A stretch of DNA of 64,000 bases from a bacterium (GTDB lineage Bacteria > Electryoneota > RPQS01): contig JADJCU010000001.1 in assembly GCA_016703065.1 (NCBI GenBank), positions 123,098-187,097 of the forward strand. Reading direction: 5' to 3'. The notes under the pieces are model-generated. The model saw only the letters and a list, made by a program, of their open reading frames with translations. It searched no databases and was not told the DNA's origin. Shown piece after piece: positions 9,750-19,951 of the stretch; position 1 is the first letter of the stretch; each line of letters starts with the position of its first letter. A program made the translations under genes and the position numbers.

Positions 9750-12700
9750 CTACTTCAACAATAGCACCTTGCGCGTAGCCGTGACTCCGCTCAGGGCGTC
9801 AAGCCGAGCAAAGTAAATCCCTGTCGCCAAGTTCTCTGCGTCGAAACTCACAGAGTGCTCGCCCGCCTGCATCGAACCGCTTGCCAGCGTCGCCACCTCA
9901 CGGCCCATGATGTCAAACAGCTTCAGGGTAACGGGACTCTGCTGCGGCAAATGAAAGCGGAACGTCGTCTGCGAGTTGAATGGATTCGGGTAGTTCTGCA
10001 GCAGCGTAAATTCGCGCGGCGCGCCAATTGGCTCTTCGCCTGCCGAAGCCGGAGGATCATCCGTTGTGAACCGAATCGCACGGCCGTCGCGCACCGGCGC
10101 GGCGCCCGCCGCATAGTGCAGCTGGAACTCATATTGCACACCCGTCGATCCGTCGCTATTCTCAATTCCGATTGCCGCTTCAACCCGACCCGTGTAATCT
10201 TCGAACATGATCTCGATGATGCTGTTGCCCAAGCTATCCGCATTTACCGCCGGATTGTAGATCTGAAGCTGAAACGTCGCCCGTCCGTCATTCCAATACT
10301 CCGGGACGTCATCCCACTGTATGATCACGCGCCCATTCCCCGTGTCCTCGTAGTACCACACGCCGCCGCCGTTTTCCGGACGGAAATCCTGAAAGAACGC
10401 CGCAATGTAGTTGTCCGGTGCGCCCGTCAGAGGTATCGGCCAACGGCTCCAGTTGTTTGTACACGGCGTGCCAACCTCAACATGGCCATTCGCGCTGATC
10501 ATAATTTCGTTCTCCGCCACTCCATAAAACTGCATCGAGAACGGCAGGGTCTGCGACACACATCCGTCTGCGGTTAAGGGCAGCTCTGTACCAAGTCCGT
10601 CCGCAATCTCCACCCAATCATATACCGGACCGCCGAAGTCCAAATCATCATAGGCCATGTAGCCGTAGGCATCGGGACTCGTCGGACCAACCAACTCGGA
10701 GTATCCCAAGTCAACCCGCAGAGTATTGAATTCCGGAGTGAGAGTCTGTGATAGATAAGCTGTCTCGAACATCTCAATATTGTCGCCGGCCACGAACTCC
10801 TGTACGCCAACATACATCTCCTGAAAATCCGCTTCTCCGTTCGCGTCCGTGTAAATCGTGATGCCGCTGAGCGGATGGCGCACTTGCACGTCAGGAGTGC
10901 GAACACCGTTAGGATCAAAGACGGTGACCAGCAAGTTGGCGCCGGCGACCTGCGACATGGTCAATGATCCTTCGTCCACCTGGCCTGCGGCGATGTTAAT
11001 CTGGCGATCCACCCGGCCATAGCCAAATTTCTCAAATGAACCAATATATTCTCCCGGCATCAGGAATAGCTGATAAGCCCCGTCCTCGTCCGTCCAAACC
11101 GGATGCGCGCCCGCCACAGTGATGCGCACGCTGTCCAGCGCCTGACCACCGGGATTCGCCGTCACGGTTCCCGCCACCGAACCCATGTCGTCCATACCGT
11201 TTCCAATCGCCGGCGGCATCCGCAGCTTGCCGAATCCCCAGGTCGTATCCGGACCAAAATCGCCCGCATCGAGTGCGCCGCCCACAAGTACCTGATAGAC
11301 TTCTTCCGGTGTGATTCCCGGGAACGCCGAGTAGATCACAGCCAACGCTCCGCCCACGTGCGGTGTTGCGCCAGATGTCCCGCCAATCGAACTCGTGCCG
11401 CAGGTACCCGATACGCTCTGCACACTCGTCGGAGAACTAATATCCGGTTTCAGTAATCCGTGACTGCCGTTGGCCCAAGGGTAGTCTTCAAATTCCGCGG
11501 GATACGCGCTCGGAGTGCCGGCGGGACCACACCACGGCATGCGCGGCTGAACGCAGATATCCTGACGCGACCAGGCCGAAGGGCCGACTCCGCTCTGATT
11601 GTAGAAGCTGCCATCCGCATTATAACCCGCAACAGCAACGATCGAACTTACGCCGCCTTGTTGATCGTGTCCATCCGTCATTGCAGGAGGTGGACAATCT
11701 GACGGCGCTGCACACGACATCGGCCGCACATTCGACGTCCCCGCATTGCCGGTCGAATTTGAGTGAATGATTCCCGCCGCAAGCTCCATTTCCGAGATCC
11801 AGCGATGCCCGACGCGATTCGGACATTCGCGGATATCTGGACTGGTCGACGTGCATTCGCTCTGCTTGAAACTAAGACTCGCTGAAATGACGTTGACTCC
11901 CATCTCCACTGCGTACTGACTCGACTCGAAGACTGAGCCCTGAGTTATGTAGCTTCGAAGCACCAGGAGCTTCGCCTCCGGGGCCATGGCAACCGTATCG
12001 TCAACTGAAACACCAACATTGGAGCAGATCACCGACGCCGTGCGCGTGCCGTGGTATGAGGCTTCGGCGTTTGACACGTCATTGTTGTTGTCGTCAAAGT
12101 TCCAGCCGTAAAAGTCATCGGCGTACCCATTGCCGTCGTCATCAATACTGTTCGTCTCCCCAGCATCCAACACGCCGTTACCGTTCAAATCCTCGCCGGG
12201 ATTGAACCAGATGCGCCCGTTGAACTTCGCGCACCCCGCGAAATTGACTCCCGAGTCCTTATGGCCGACAAGCACGCCCTGGCCGCGCGCGCCGTACTGG
12301 GCCCACACCGCAGGTGTTCCCGTCTCGATCACGCCCCAGCCGTTGTCCAGCGTATTCTCATAGGCCGGATCGTGCGAGATGTAAATCACCTCTGGATAAT
12401 CTGACACAAGCCTGTCGATGACCTGCCGCTGCGCCTTCAGGCGAATCGAGTTGATAATCCACAAAGGCCGCAACAGCGTGACCTCGCCGCGCTTTTCCGC
12501 GTCTTGCAGGTCCGACATCACCTTGCCGCTCATCTGTGCAAACCGTTCTTTCAGAACTTCCACGACATACGCGCGGCGCTGGTCCATCGGCAGCGCCTTC
12601 GCCTCGGGATAGACCTCATCCATCGTCAGTCGGTGATCCAGATATACAATCACAGGGACGTCGTCTGTTGCCTTGGACGCTGCCAAAACATCCGGCAGCA

Positions 12701-12776
12701 GCGGTGAAAGCTCAGCCGCCCGGATGCTTGACCAGCCCGTCAGAGTGAGCAAGAGGAACAAAGTGATCTGTCGCAT
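9750..12776 (-). CDS. Subtilisin-like serine peptidase (S8 family) with T9SS C-terminal domain
   Basis: Catalytic motifs HKDSGVN (Asp), HGTRTAS (His) and GTSGATPHVGGA (Ser). Signal peptide from the internal Met (MRQITLFLLLTLTGWS); the track ORF begins at a TTG. C-terminus FTLLQNYPNPFNSQ...RKVLLLK is a type-A T9SS tail. Confidence 0.9.
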   Translation of the reverse strand: MRQITLFLLLTLTGWSSIRAAELSPLLPDVLAASKATDDVPVIVYLDHRLTMDEVYPEAKALPMDQRRAYVVEVLKERFAQMSGKVMSDLQDAEKRGEVTLLRPLWIINSIRLKAQRQVIDRLVSDYPEVIYISHDPAYENTLDNGWGVIETGTPAVWAQYGARGQGVLVGHKDSGVNFAGCAKFNGRIWFNPGEDLNGNGVLDAGETNSIDDDGNGYADDFYGWNFDDNNNDVSNAEASYHGTRTASVICSNVGVSVDDTVAMAPEAKLLVLRSYITQGSVFESSQYAVEMGVNVISASLSFKQSECTSTSPDIRECPNRVGHRWISEMELAAGIIHSNSTGNAGTSNVRPMSCAAPSDCPPPAMTDGHDQQGGVSSIVAVAGYNADGSFYNQSGVGPSAWSRQDICVQPRMPWCGPAGTPSAYPAEFEDYPWANGSHGLLKPDISSPTSVQSVSGTCGTSSIGGTSGATPHVGGALAVIYSAFPGITPEEVYQVLVGGALDAGDFGPDTTWGFGKLRMPPAIGNGMDDMGSVAGTVTANPGGQALDSVRITVAGAHPVWTDEDGAYQLFLMPGEYIGSFEKFGYGRVDRQINIAAGQVDEGSLTMSQVAGANLLVTVFDPNGVRTPDVQVRHPLSGITIYTDANGEADFQEMYVGVQEFVAGDNIEMFETAYLSQTLTPEFNTLRVDLGYSELVGPTSPDAYGYMAYDDLDFGGPVYDWVEIADGLGTELPLTADGCVSQTLPFSMQFYGVAENEIMISANGHVEVGTPCTNNWSRWPIPLTGAPDNYIAAFFQDFRPENGGGVWYYEDTGNGRVIIQWDDVPEYWNDGRATFQLQIYNPAVNADSLGNSIIEIMFEDYTGRVEAAIGIENSDGSTGVQYEFQLHYAAGAAPVRDGRAIRFTTDDPPASAGEEPIGAPREFTLLQNYPNPFNSQTTFRFHLPQQSPVTLKLFDIMGREVATLASGSMQAGEHSVSFDAENLATGIYFARLDALSGVTATRKVLLLK

Positions 12777-12847
12777 GGGTACCCCCAAGGGTGTGCTCGA
12801 TTCGTGAAACAATGGATTCTGTATCGGGAGTTTTCTATATTCGGAGT

Positions 12848-14767
12848 ATGCGAAATCTGTTGAAAGACCCGTGGCTGTGGCTGTTGCTTGCGTTGGCCAT
12901 AGCCCTGCGCGTCTGGCACCTCGTCCACGCGCAGGTCAGCCCCACATTCCTGAATCCGGCGGTCGATCCGCTCTGGTACCATCAGGCCGCCGAACGCGTC
13001 GCGCACGGCTACTACGGACCGTGGCCGCTGTTTCGTGCGCCGCTCTATCCAGCGCTGCTCGGCTGGGTCTATCGCTTCGTCGAGAATGATCGGCTTTGGG
13101 CGCGCATACTGAACATCATCTGCCAGGCCGCTGCACTCGCGGTGATCTATCACACGGCCCGCACCCACTTCGGCAGGCTCGCGGCCGTCGTTACGGCACT
13201 GCTCTGCTGCGTCAACGGAATGCTGATCTTCTTCAGCGCGGAGATACTCTCGACAAGCCTTGAAGTCTTGATGGCCGCGCTCGCAATGTGGAGCACGCTC
13301 GCTCTCCGCAAATCGCCGTCGCGAAATCAAGCCGTTATCACCGGAATCGTCTGGGGCCTCGCTGCGATCACCCGCCCCAATTTCCTGCTCGTTGCGCCCG
13401 TCGCACTCGCGGTGGCGCTTTGGCCTGTCTGGCGGCAGACTGCGAGAATGACCGCGCTCACCGGTCTCGTCGCGCTCTTTGTACCAGTCATTCCTGTGAC
13501 GCTCGCCAATCTGTTTATGGGCGGCGAACCTGTGCTCATTGCGACACAGGGCGGCGTAAACTTCTGGATCGGCAATAACCCCAACGCGGACGGGATTTCG
13601 TCCATCTTGCCCCAGTCCGATCGGTTCTGGACATTGGATAAGGCGACCGCGATTGCCGAACGGGACGCTGGGCGGAAAATGAAACCCGGCGCGCTTTCCG
13701 ACTACTACTATGACAAGGGCCTGGACTATCTGCTCACAAATCCGGGACCTGCAGCATCTCTTATGTTACGAAAGACGGCTCTGTTTTTCAACCGTTTCGA
13801 GGGCTCGAACAACAAACACATAGCCTACTATGCGGCGCAAACCCCGGGCCTATCGTGGCTAATTGCGTTGAATCTTGCGCTTCTGTTGCCACTCGCGATC
13901 TTGGGCATTTGGGCCACACCGCGAACCGAGGCACGCGCCCTCTGGCTAATCAGTCTGACCTATGCTGCTACGGTCATCATGTTCTTCATCGCCAGCCGTT
14001 TTCGCATGCCGGTTGTGCCTTGGCTCTGTGTGCTCGCCGGGACAGGCATCGCCGGCTGGTCCGCCCTGACGCCAAAGATCAAGGCAACCTCCGCCGGTCT
14101 CGCCGCAGTTGTCCTGCTGTTCGCAGTGGTCAATCCCTACCATGCCCAAGAGGCGCCCTTGGGCGCCGCCCGCTATATGGACGGCAATGCCTACTTGGCG
14201 ATGGGAAAGCTCGACTCCGCAGAAGTCTGTTTCACTGACGCAATGAACGATGCAGGTTCACGGGAGTTGGCACAGCTGAACCTCGGTGTCATCGTACAGA
14301 AGCATAAACGATACCGCGACGCGATGAACATCTATGGACGAATGTTGCGTGAATACCCGGAATCGCTCCCTGCGCTGAACAACTTTGGCGTCTCCGCCGA
14401 GCAGATGCACGATACGGCGCGCGCTTTGGATGCCTATCAGCGTGCATTTTACCTCGACAGCACGTATGCGGATTCCCGGGAGAATCTGGCGCGGCTTCTG
14501 ATCGCTGTCGGACGCAGACATCTGCGCTGGCTTAGGCCATGGGACGCGCGGGAACCGCTCCTGCAGAGCATTGAGGTCCTGCCTAATCCCGAAAGCTACT
14601 ACTTCCTTGCCCTGTCTCACTCATGGCAAGGCGAAAACGAAACCGCATCGAGCTACCTGAGCCGCGCACTCGATCTCAAGCCCGACTACGGACCCGCAAT
14701 CAATTTGATGAAGATGATCCGCGCTGCCGGAGTTGACGAGCCAGTTCGAGTGCCGGTGCGAGAGTAG
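12848..14767 (+). CDS. Polytopic GT-C-type (ArnT/PMT-like, GT39/83-like) membrane glycosyltransferase with C-terminal TPR repeats
   Basis: About 12 predicted TM helices. The first periplasmic loop (VDPLWYHQAAERVAHGYYGPWPLFRAPLYP) resembles the GT-C D..Y/H loop. C-terminal ~200 aa are TPR-like. The start could also be at 12791 or 12812. Confidence 0.55.
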   Translation: MRNLLKDPWLWLLLALAIALRVWHLVHAQVSPTFLNPAVDPLWYHQAAERVAHGYYGPWPLFRAPLYPALLGWVYRFVENDRLWARILNIICQAAALAVIYHTARTHFGRLAAVVTALLCCVNGMLIFFSAEILSTSLEVLMAALAMWSTLALRKSPSRNQAVITGIVWGLAAITRPNFLLVAPVALAVALWPVWRQTARMTALTGLVALFVPVIPVTLANLFMGGEPVLIATQGGVNFWIGNNPNADGISSILPQSDRFWTLDKATAIAERDAGRKMKPGALSDYYYDKGLDYLLTNPGPAASLMLRKTALFFNRFEGSNNKHIAYYAAQTPGLSWLIALNLALLLPLAILGIWATPRTEARALWLISLTYAATVIMFFIASRFRMPVVPWLCVLAGTGIAGWSALTPKIKATSAGLAAVVLLFAVVNPYHAQEAPLGAARYMDGNAYLAMGKLDSAEVCFTDAMNDAGSRELAQLNLGVIVQKHKRYRDAMNIYGRMLREYPESLPALNNFGVSAEQMHDTARALDAYQRAFYLDSTYADSRENLARLLIAVGRRHLRWLRPWDAREPLLQSIEVLPNPESYYFLALSHSWQGENETASSYLSRALDLKPDYGPAINLMKMIRAAGVDEPVRVPVRE

Positions 14768-16568
14768 AGTCGACTTCAAGCGCTCGGCCTACCGCGCGCT
14801 CCGCTTCCGCGTATTTGCCAAGCCTGGCTAACAGCAGCGCGAGGTTCGAATGGGCCTCGGCGCGTCCGGGATTCAGAGACAGCGCCGCTTCTTGCATAAA
14901 CAGCGCACGCTTGTTGTCGCCCGCCTCCATTGTGTGACCCGCCGCCTGCTCCAGAAGCGGTATCCAGTCCGTGGACGATCGGTTCATCACAAGTCTGTAG
15001 AGTCGCCACTGCTGCCGCCAGAGATTGCCGCAGTTGATCACCGTCATGCGATGCGGCCACACCGGCTTGTTCTCGGCGAAGGTTTTCACGAGTAGACTAT
15101 CCGTCACGTCAAGGTGAAGCCAGACGCTGTCCCGCTGCATCAGGTAGAACTCGACCAACAGCGATTTTAACGCGCCCGAAGTCGAGGCCGTAAAAAACTC
15201 GTAGCGATCCCACGTCGAATGAAGGTCTATCGCCTGCCGCCGGGTCGTCATGACAAGCGGCGTCCCGGCGTGAGCGAGCAACCGGGACGTGTGCTGCGTT
15301 GTCTCGACATATCGACCGTAGACCAACGCCGCCGAGCTTAGCGTCTGGACGACGCAAATCATCAGGACGGCGGCGAAAGCTCGCGACGATGCGATATCTG
15401 CCTGCTTCAGCGCGATGACCAAAAGCGGCAATGCGAACATGAGCAGTCGCGCTCCCCAGTGGACACCGCTCGAAACCGGCATCAGCAATACTCCCAGAAT
15501 CAACGCAGCGATGGCATAGGTCATCGCTCTTGTTTTGCGCGCCTCCGGCGACACGATCAGCAGCATAACCCACGGCAGCGCGAAGAATAGCGAGCCGCAG
15601 GTCACCAGCGCAAACACCGGCAAATCCGCTCCCCAGACCACGCGAACACACCATGCGGCGAAGAGCATTGCTCCGGCCCATCCCGCAGCCAGTGCCGCCT
15701 TTGACTCTCTGCGCCGATCGAGCGCCCAAACAGAAACGGCCAGCACTGACAACACAAGAATCGAGACGAGAGCGTTTGATCCAAGCGCGAACAGTGTATC
15801 ATATACTGCGCGCGCCCGCGATGCAATGTATGCTCCGAACTCCGACCAGGCAGGAAGGTGATGATTCAGAGCGGACTGCCTGAAGAAGTCCGCAGGACCT
15901 GGAAGCGCAATCAGGATAGCTATGGAAACCGTATAGGCTGCCGCAAAGACCGCGAGTTCTCGATACCGCCGATCAAAGAGCAACGCTACTCCGGCTAACA
16001 GGACAAGAACACCGTGGTCGAGCCGAAACGCGGTACCGACCGCAAGGAGAACTGCTCCGGCCGCAATTCGGCTACTTGTTCTTCGCTCACCATCAAACAC
16101 GAACAGCATCGACGGAAACGACAACATGAGGGCCAGTAGATGCTCCCACGGGACCAATCCATAGAATGTCAGCGGGAGTAGCAGGAAACCCCATGTGACG
16201 CCCCACGAAAACAACAACCACGCAGCAGCGATAGCGAGCACCGTTGAAACCGCAATGAGGCCTTTGTGCGAAAGGACCGTTTCGAGGCCAACCCAGGCTC
16301 GGACGTACGGCGAGAAGCCCGGTTTGGCCCCACCCTCAGCCGGTTCGGCAAACGGCGGCACAAGCACAGCATTAGCGTGTTGAAAGCCCAGTGCCGAACG
16401 CAACTCGCCGTAGGGAATCGGCGACTTCCAAACGCCGCTGCCCTCCTGAGCTGCAAGGCTCTTGATGGCATCATCGATCGTCCATGAACCGGCCGGCATC
16501 AGTATTGCCAAAGCAGCCAGTCCAATCGACCAGATTATCAGTGCGCCGCGCGCAGTTTGTAAACGCAT
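14700..16568 (-). CDS. Polytopic membrane protein (GT-C-like fold) with C-terminal TPR repeats
   Basis: 622 aa with many hydrophobic helices. C-terminal TPR motifs (..AEAHSNLALLLARLGKYAEAERA..). Convergent with the previous gene; their 3' ends overlap by ~68 bp. Confidence 0.5.
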   Translation of the reverse strand: MRLQTARGALIIWSIGLAALAILMPAGSWTIDDAIKSLAAQEGSGVWKSPIPYGELRSALGFQHANAVLVPPFAEPAEGGAKPGFSPYVRAWVGLETVLSHKGLIAVSTVLAIAAAWLLFSWGVTWGFLLLPLTFYGLVPWEHLLALMLSFPSMLFVFDGERRTSSRIAAGAVLLAVGTAFRLDHGVLVLLAGVALLFDRRYRELAVFAAAYTVSIAILIALPGPADFFRQSALNHHLPAWSEFGAYIASRARAVYDTLFALGSNALVSILVLSVLAVSVWALDRRRESKAALAAGWAGAMLFAAWCVRVVWGADLPVFALVTCGSLFFALPWVMLLIVSPEARKTRAMTYAIAALILGVLLMPVSSGVHWGARLLMFALPLLVIALKQADIASSRAFAAVLMICVVQTLSSAALVYGRYVETTQHTSRLLAHAGTPLVMTTRRQAIDLHSTWDRYEFFTASTSGALKSLLVEFYLMQRDSVWLHLDVTDSLLVKTFAENKPVWPHRMTVINCGNLWRQQWRLYRLVMNRSSTDWIPLLEQAAGHTMEAGDNKRALFMQEAALSLNPGRAEAHSNLALLLARLGKYAEAERAVGRALEVDSTLAPALELARQLRQRGSSSSN

Positions 16569-16584
16569 AGTCTTCTCGCGAAAA

Positions 16585-16620
16585 TGAGCCGCGGAATTTG
16601 CACCCGCGGCTCATTTCACT
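16585..16620 (-). terminator. Hairpin after the 725-aa lipoprotein gene (putative terminator)
   Basis: AATGAGCCGCGG-(10 nt)-CCGCGGCTCATT, followed on the minus strand by TTTCGCG. Confidence 0.35.
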
Positions 16621-16641
16621 TACCTGTAGGTGTTGTTCTGC

Positions 16642-18819
16642 CTAATTGCGTTCGTTATTGAACTCAACGTCCAAATTCTGATTGAAGAACAGAAACTGAT
16701 TTGCAATCAGCAAGGACATTGCAGGCCGCTCACCTAACAGCGGATGATCATACGTATTATTCTTCATGTAAGCCAGCGGGAACGTAAACAGGGACGAACG
16801 GAACCGCGGAACAGCCGTGATTCGCACCCGGAAGCCATTCGGTGTTTGCTCAACTTCCCGTTCACCTTCGTACTTGATGAAGTTCGTGCCGCAGGGCAAG
16901 TCGTGCTCTGACGAAAGCGGAATGTAGTTATAAGTGACTTCCAACAGGTCGCTTGTCGTCCATTCGCCCATCAGTTCGTCAGTCGATGCGAAAATGCGCC
17001 ACTTCGGTTGCAGAGGATTAGTGGACACGTTGCGAACCAGGATGAAATCCGCTGTCGTATTGCGTGTCACGTTCCGGATCGTTGATGCGTCCAGCAGAGG
17101 CTGACCCTGTTCACGAGGAATCAGGACGACGAGAGTCGAATCGGACAGGCCCGAATCCACCGCGCAATCGTAAGCCTCTACCACGCTGGGGAACAACTCG
17201 CGGTTGCTCGTGCTCGAAACGTAGTTGTAGATCGTCGTCGAGAAGTCAAAACTCTCGGCATCCGCCCCGCGGCCAAACGCTTCGATCTCCGGCGGGAACC
17301 CCACGGAACTGCCCATGTAGCGCAAGCGGCCGGTCATGGCCGAATCTATCTCGAGATCCGGGAATTGCTGGTCACTCGCCACAGCGCCGGAAAAGTCCGC
17401 CCGTCCTGCCTGGGCAATACTATTCGCATCCTGCGCGCCGGTGTACGGAGTCTTGCTGCGGACTGAGTCAATATTGAAGTAGTCTCTCAGGAATACGCTG
17501 GCGTCACCCGCCGGGGGAATCTTCAATGACTCATTGAAGATGCGGCGTCCGGTGATCCAAAGACTGCCGCCGACGCTCAGATAATCGGCGAGCACCTGTG
17601 CATACAGAGTTGCACTGCTAACTCGGGCGGGATCGCTGTCGTCGTCAATGATCCACACTAAGTCGAATTGACTGATCAAGGCATACGGAATCGGCGCGCT
17701 GCTCCGGTTCGTGTACCAGAAAATGTCATCATACACGAAGGAAGCGATCGGCTCCGCGTCAGGTGGCTGGGCGTACGGCGCCAGCTCATTCGCGATTTCA
17801 CAGGCTTCCCGAACCACTCCGCCTTGACCGTCTACCCCGCGATAAAATGCCATGAGCGTGTCCGGATGTATGCCGCCGCGATTATACTCAACCGCCGTGG
17901 GCGTATCGTTCTCAGCTACGATCATGATCCGCTGACTGAATGTCGGCTTTTCAACCGTAAAATGCGCTTTCGCGATCCCGTCGGCCGTTGTCAGACCGTC
18001 GTCGCGCACACGCACAAAGAACGTATAGTCACCTGACTCCAGCCCATACAATGCAATCTGTGTATCATCATTCCAGTTCGTCCACCCTTCGCGGTAGCCC
18101 ACAACCCGGTTGCTGTCGTCATACACAGGAAACCCGACTGTATCATCCGGCAGCCGAACAAGGGCGTAACTGAACTCCAGCGGAATGAGGTAGCCGATTC
18201 TCGAATCGGGATCCTCGCCTGTCCAAAGCAACCGAAGACCCGGATACGTCGTCGAAATAGTGTCGCCGACAAGCTGTGTGTCCGCCAGAATGATCTCCGG
18301 ATGATAGTCCGCGTCAGTGCTCAGTGCATATCGAATACCGGGAGTCAGCGGCGCCTGATTGTACCGGAAAAAGGTCCGGGCCTTATAGTCCGAACGAAGA
18401 TTCGAGTTGTCCACCGCCCGGATCAAGAACACGTGCTCACGAAGCGCGCCGCCGGAATCCGCCAACAGAAATATCTGGTGAAACGCAAGCTCGGTGAACC
18501 TCCATAAGGAGTCCGGCAGATTTGCCATGTAGGCCGCATGTTCAGCCACGCCCGCATGATACGCCGCGATACCCGCCGCCGTTGAGTCATCGTAATACTC
18601 AAATCCAATGACGAATCCGTCCGCGTCATGGCCCGACCAGAATAGGTACGGCGCGAAACTGAACACCGAGCTGTCAACTGGAACGTTGACAAACCAGACT
18701 TCCGGGCCTTGCGGCGAAGTCTTGGGCTCGTCTGAGAACTTGTCACAACCCGCGAAAACCGCCAACGCGGCGGCCATCAGAAGAATTAGCTTTTGCATGT
18801 TTGACATCTTGCTCCCCAC
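16642..18819 (-). CDS. Large secreted lipoprotein, function unknown (last gene of the cargo/PorV-like/lipoprotein operon)
   Basis: 725 aa. MQKLILLMAAALAVFAGC lipoprotein signal. Begins 3 bp after the stop of the upstream FadL/PorV-like gene. Confidence 0.55.
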   Translation of the reverse strand: MGSKMSNMQKLILLMAAALAVFAGCDKFSDEPKTSPQGPEVWFVNVPVDSSVFSFAPYLFWSGHDADGFVIGFEYYDDSTAAGIAAYHAGVAEHAAYMANLPDSLWRFTELAFHQIFLLADSGGALREHVFLIRAVDNSNLRSDYKARTFFRYNQAPLTPGIRYALSTDADYHPEIILADTQLVGDTISTTYPGLRLLWTGEDPDSRIGYLIPLEFSYALVRLPDDTVGFPVYDDSNRVVGYREGWTNWNDDTQIALYGLESGDYTFFVRVRDDGLTTADGIAKAHFTVEKPTFSQRIMIVAENDTPTAVEYNRGGIHPDTLMAFYRGVDGQGGVVREACEIANELAPYAQPPDAEPIASFVYDDIFWYTNRSSAPIPYALISQFDLVWIIDDDSDPARVSSATLYAQVLADYLSVGGSLWITGRRIFNESLKIPPAGDASVFLRDYFNIDSVRSKTPYTGAQDANSIAQAGRADFSGAVASDQQFPDLEIDSAMTGRLRYMGSSVGFPPEIEAFGRGADAESFDFSTTIYNYVSSTSNRELFPSVVEAYDCAVDSGLSDSTLVVLIPREQGQPLLDASTIRNVTRNTTADFILVRNVSTNPLQPKWRIFASTDELMGEWTTSDLLEVTYNYIPLSSEHDLPCGTNFIKYEGEREVEQTPNGFRVRITAVPRFRSSLFTFPLAYMKNNTYDHPLLGERPAMSLLIANQFLFFNQNLDVEFNNERN

Positions 18820-18822
18820 GGG

Positions 18823-19908
18823 TTAGAACAACCGCTTGCTGAAGCGGTAGCCCAAAGAGAAACGGTGAATGTTCTCAAGGAATGAGATCCCCGTGAACGC
18901 ATAGTCCATGGTCAACCCGGCCTTTGGCAGATTCACGCCCGCGCCGATGGTCGCGCCGTTCCCGAAGAACGTGCCGTTCCGGCTGAACAAGGGATACTCG
19001 TAGTACGGATTGTCGTCCGATGCGTCTTCGCCGCGGTTCACCGTCTCACGATACTCTTCCCAGGACTTACGCGTCCAACCGTTCAACTTCTTGCCCGCGC
19101 GCAGGAAAATCGTATTCATGAATCCGTACTCCAACCCGAAGTTGTATACTTCAAGGTTGTCGTTCGGATGAGACCATGCCACTGAGGCGAGCAGCGAATG
19201 AGTACCCAAAGAGTCCGACCCGTTCCACCAGTCGCGGTCACTGCTGTTCAACACGTACATCGACCCGCCAAACGTGAAATTCATGGGCAACGGAAATGCT
19301 TCTTCGACGAACTTCATGTCCGGTCCGAAATTCGACGTCAGCATCGCGATGCGCACGCTCTTCCAGCCTGTGTCGTAGTACGTGCCCACGTCTGCCGCCC
19401 AGCCCGTCGCCGATTTGTCCGCGAGCATCTCACTGATAATCTTCAGCGTGCCGCCCACGGAAAACTTGTCGGTCAGCATTTGACTGTACGACAAACCTGC
19501 GGCGAAATCTCCCGCCGTAAACGTCCGGCCTGTGCCCTCCGGCTGCTCAGGAGTCGTCTCTTTCATCTCGTCCGTTGTCAGATAGCTTACTGACGCCGCC
19601 ATCGTCCCGTTGAATTTCTCAACCGGCTGAGACACGCCAAGATAGCCGTACTGAACGCCGGCCGCGTAGTCGATCCAGCTCACAACAGCCTGCGGCTGCT
19701 CCAGCCGCGCAAGTGCTCCGGGATTATGCCAGATCGCGCTGCCGTCGTTTGCGACGGCAACGAAGGCTTCGCCCATGCCCACCGCCCGGCAAGAGGGGCT
19801 GATCTTTAAGAACTGTACGCCGGCGGTGCCAACCTTCGCCTGAGCCCACAACATCGTCGGGGCAACCAGCGCGGCCAGCAATAGTGCGAATAATCGCCAA
19901 CGCTTCAT
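18823..19908 (-). CDS. FadL/PorV-like outer-membrane beta-barrel protein (possible T9SS PorV-type shuttle paralog)
   Basis: Signal peptide MKRWRLFALLLAALVAPTMLWA. The N-terminal motif ..GTAGVQFLKISPSCRAVGMGEAFVAVANDGSAIWHNPGAL matches the FadL-superfamily hatch motif (G.G.A...D...NPA). At ~360 aa it is the size of PorV. C-terminal ..RFSKRLF then TAA. Confidence 0.5.
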   Translation of the reverse strand: MKRWRLFALLLAALVAPTMLWAQAKVGTAGVQFLKISPSCRAVGMGEAFVAVANDGSAIWHNPGALARLEQPQAVVSWIDYAAGVQYGYLGVSQPVEKFNGTMAASVSYLTTDEMKETTPEQPEGTGRTFTAGDFAAGLSYSQMLTDKFSVGGTLKIISEMLADKSATGWAADVGTYYDTGWKSVRIAMLTSNFGPDMKFVEEAFPLPMNFTFGGSMYVLNSSDRDWWNGSDSLGTHSLLASVAWSHPNDNLEVYNFGLEYGFMNTIFLRAGKKLNGWTRKSWEEYRETVNRGEDASDDNPYYEYPLFSRNGTFFGNGATIGAGVNLPKAGLTMDYAFTGISFLENIHRFSLGYRFSKRLF

Positions 19909-19951
19909 GTGCACATCCTTCCGTCTATGTAGCACGATTCAGAAATTACGA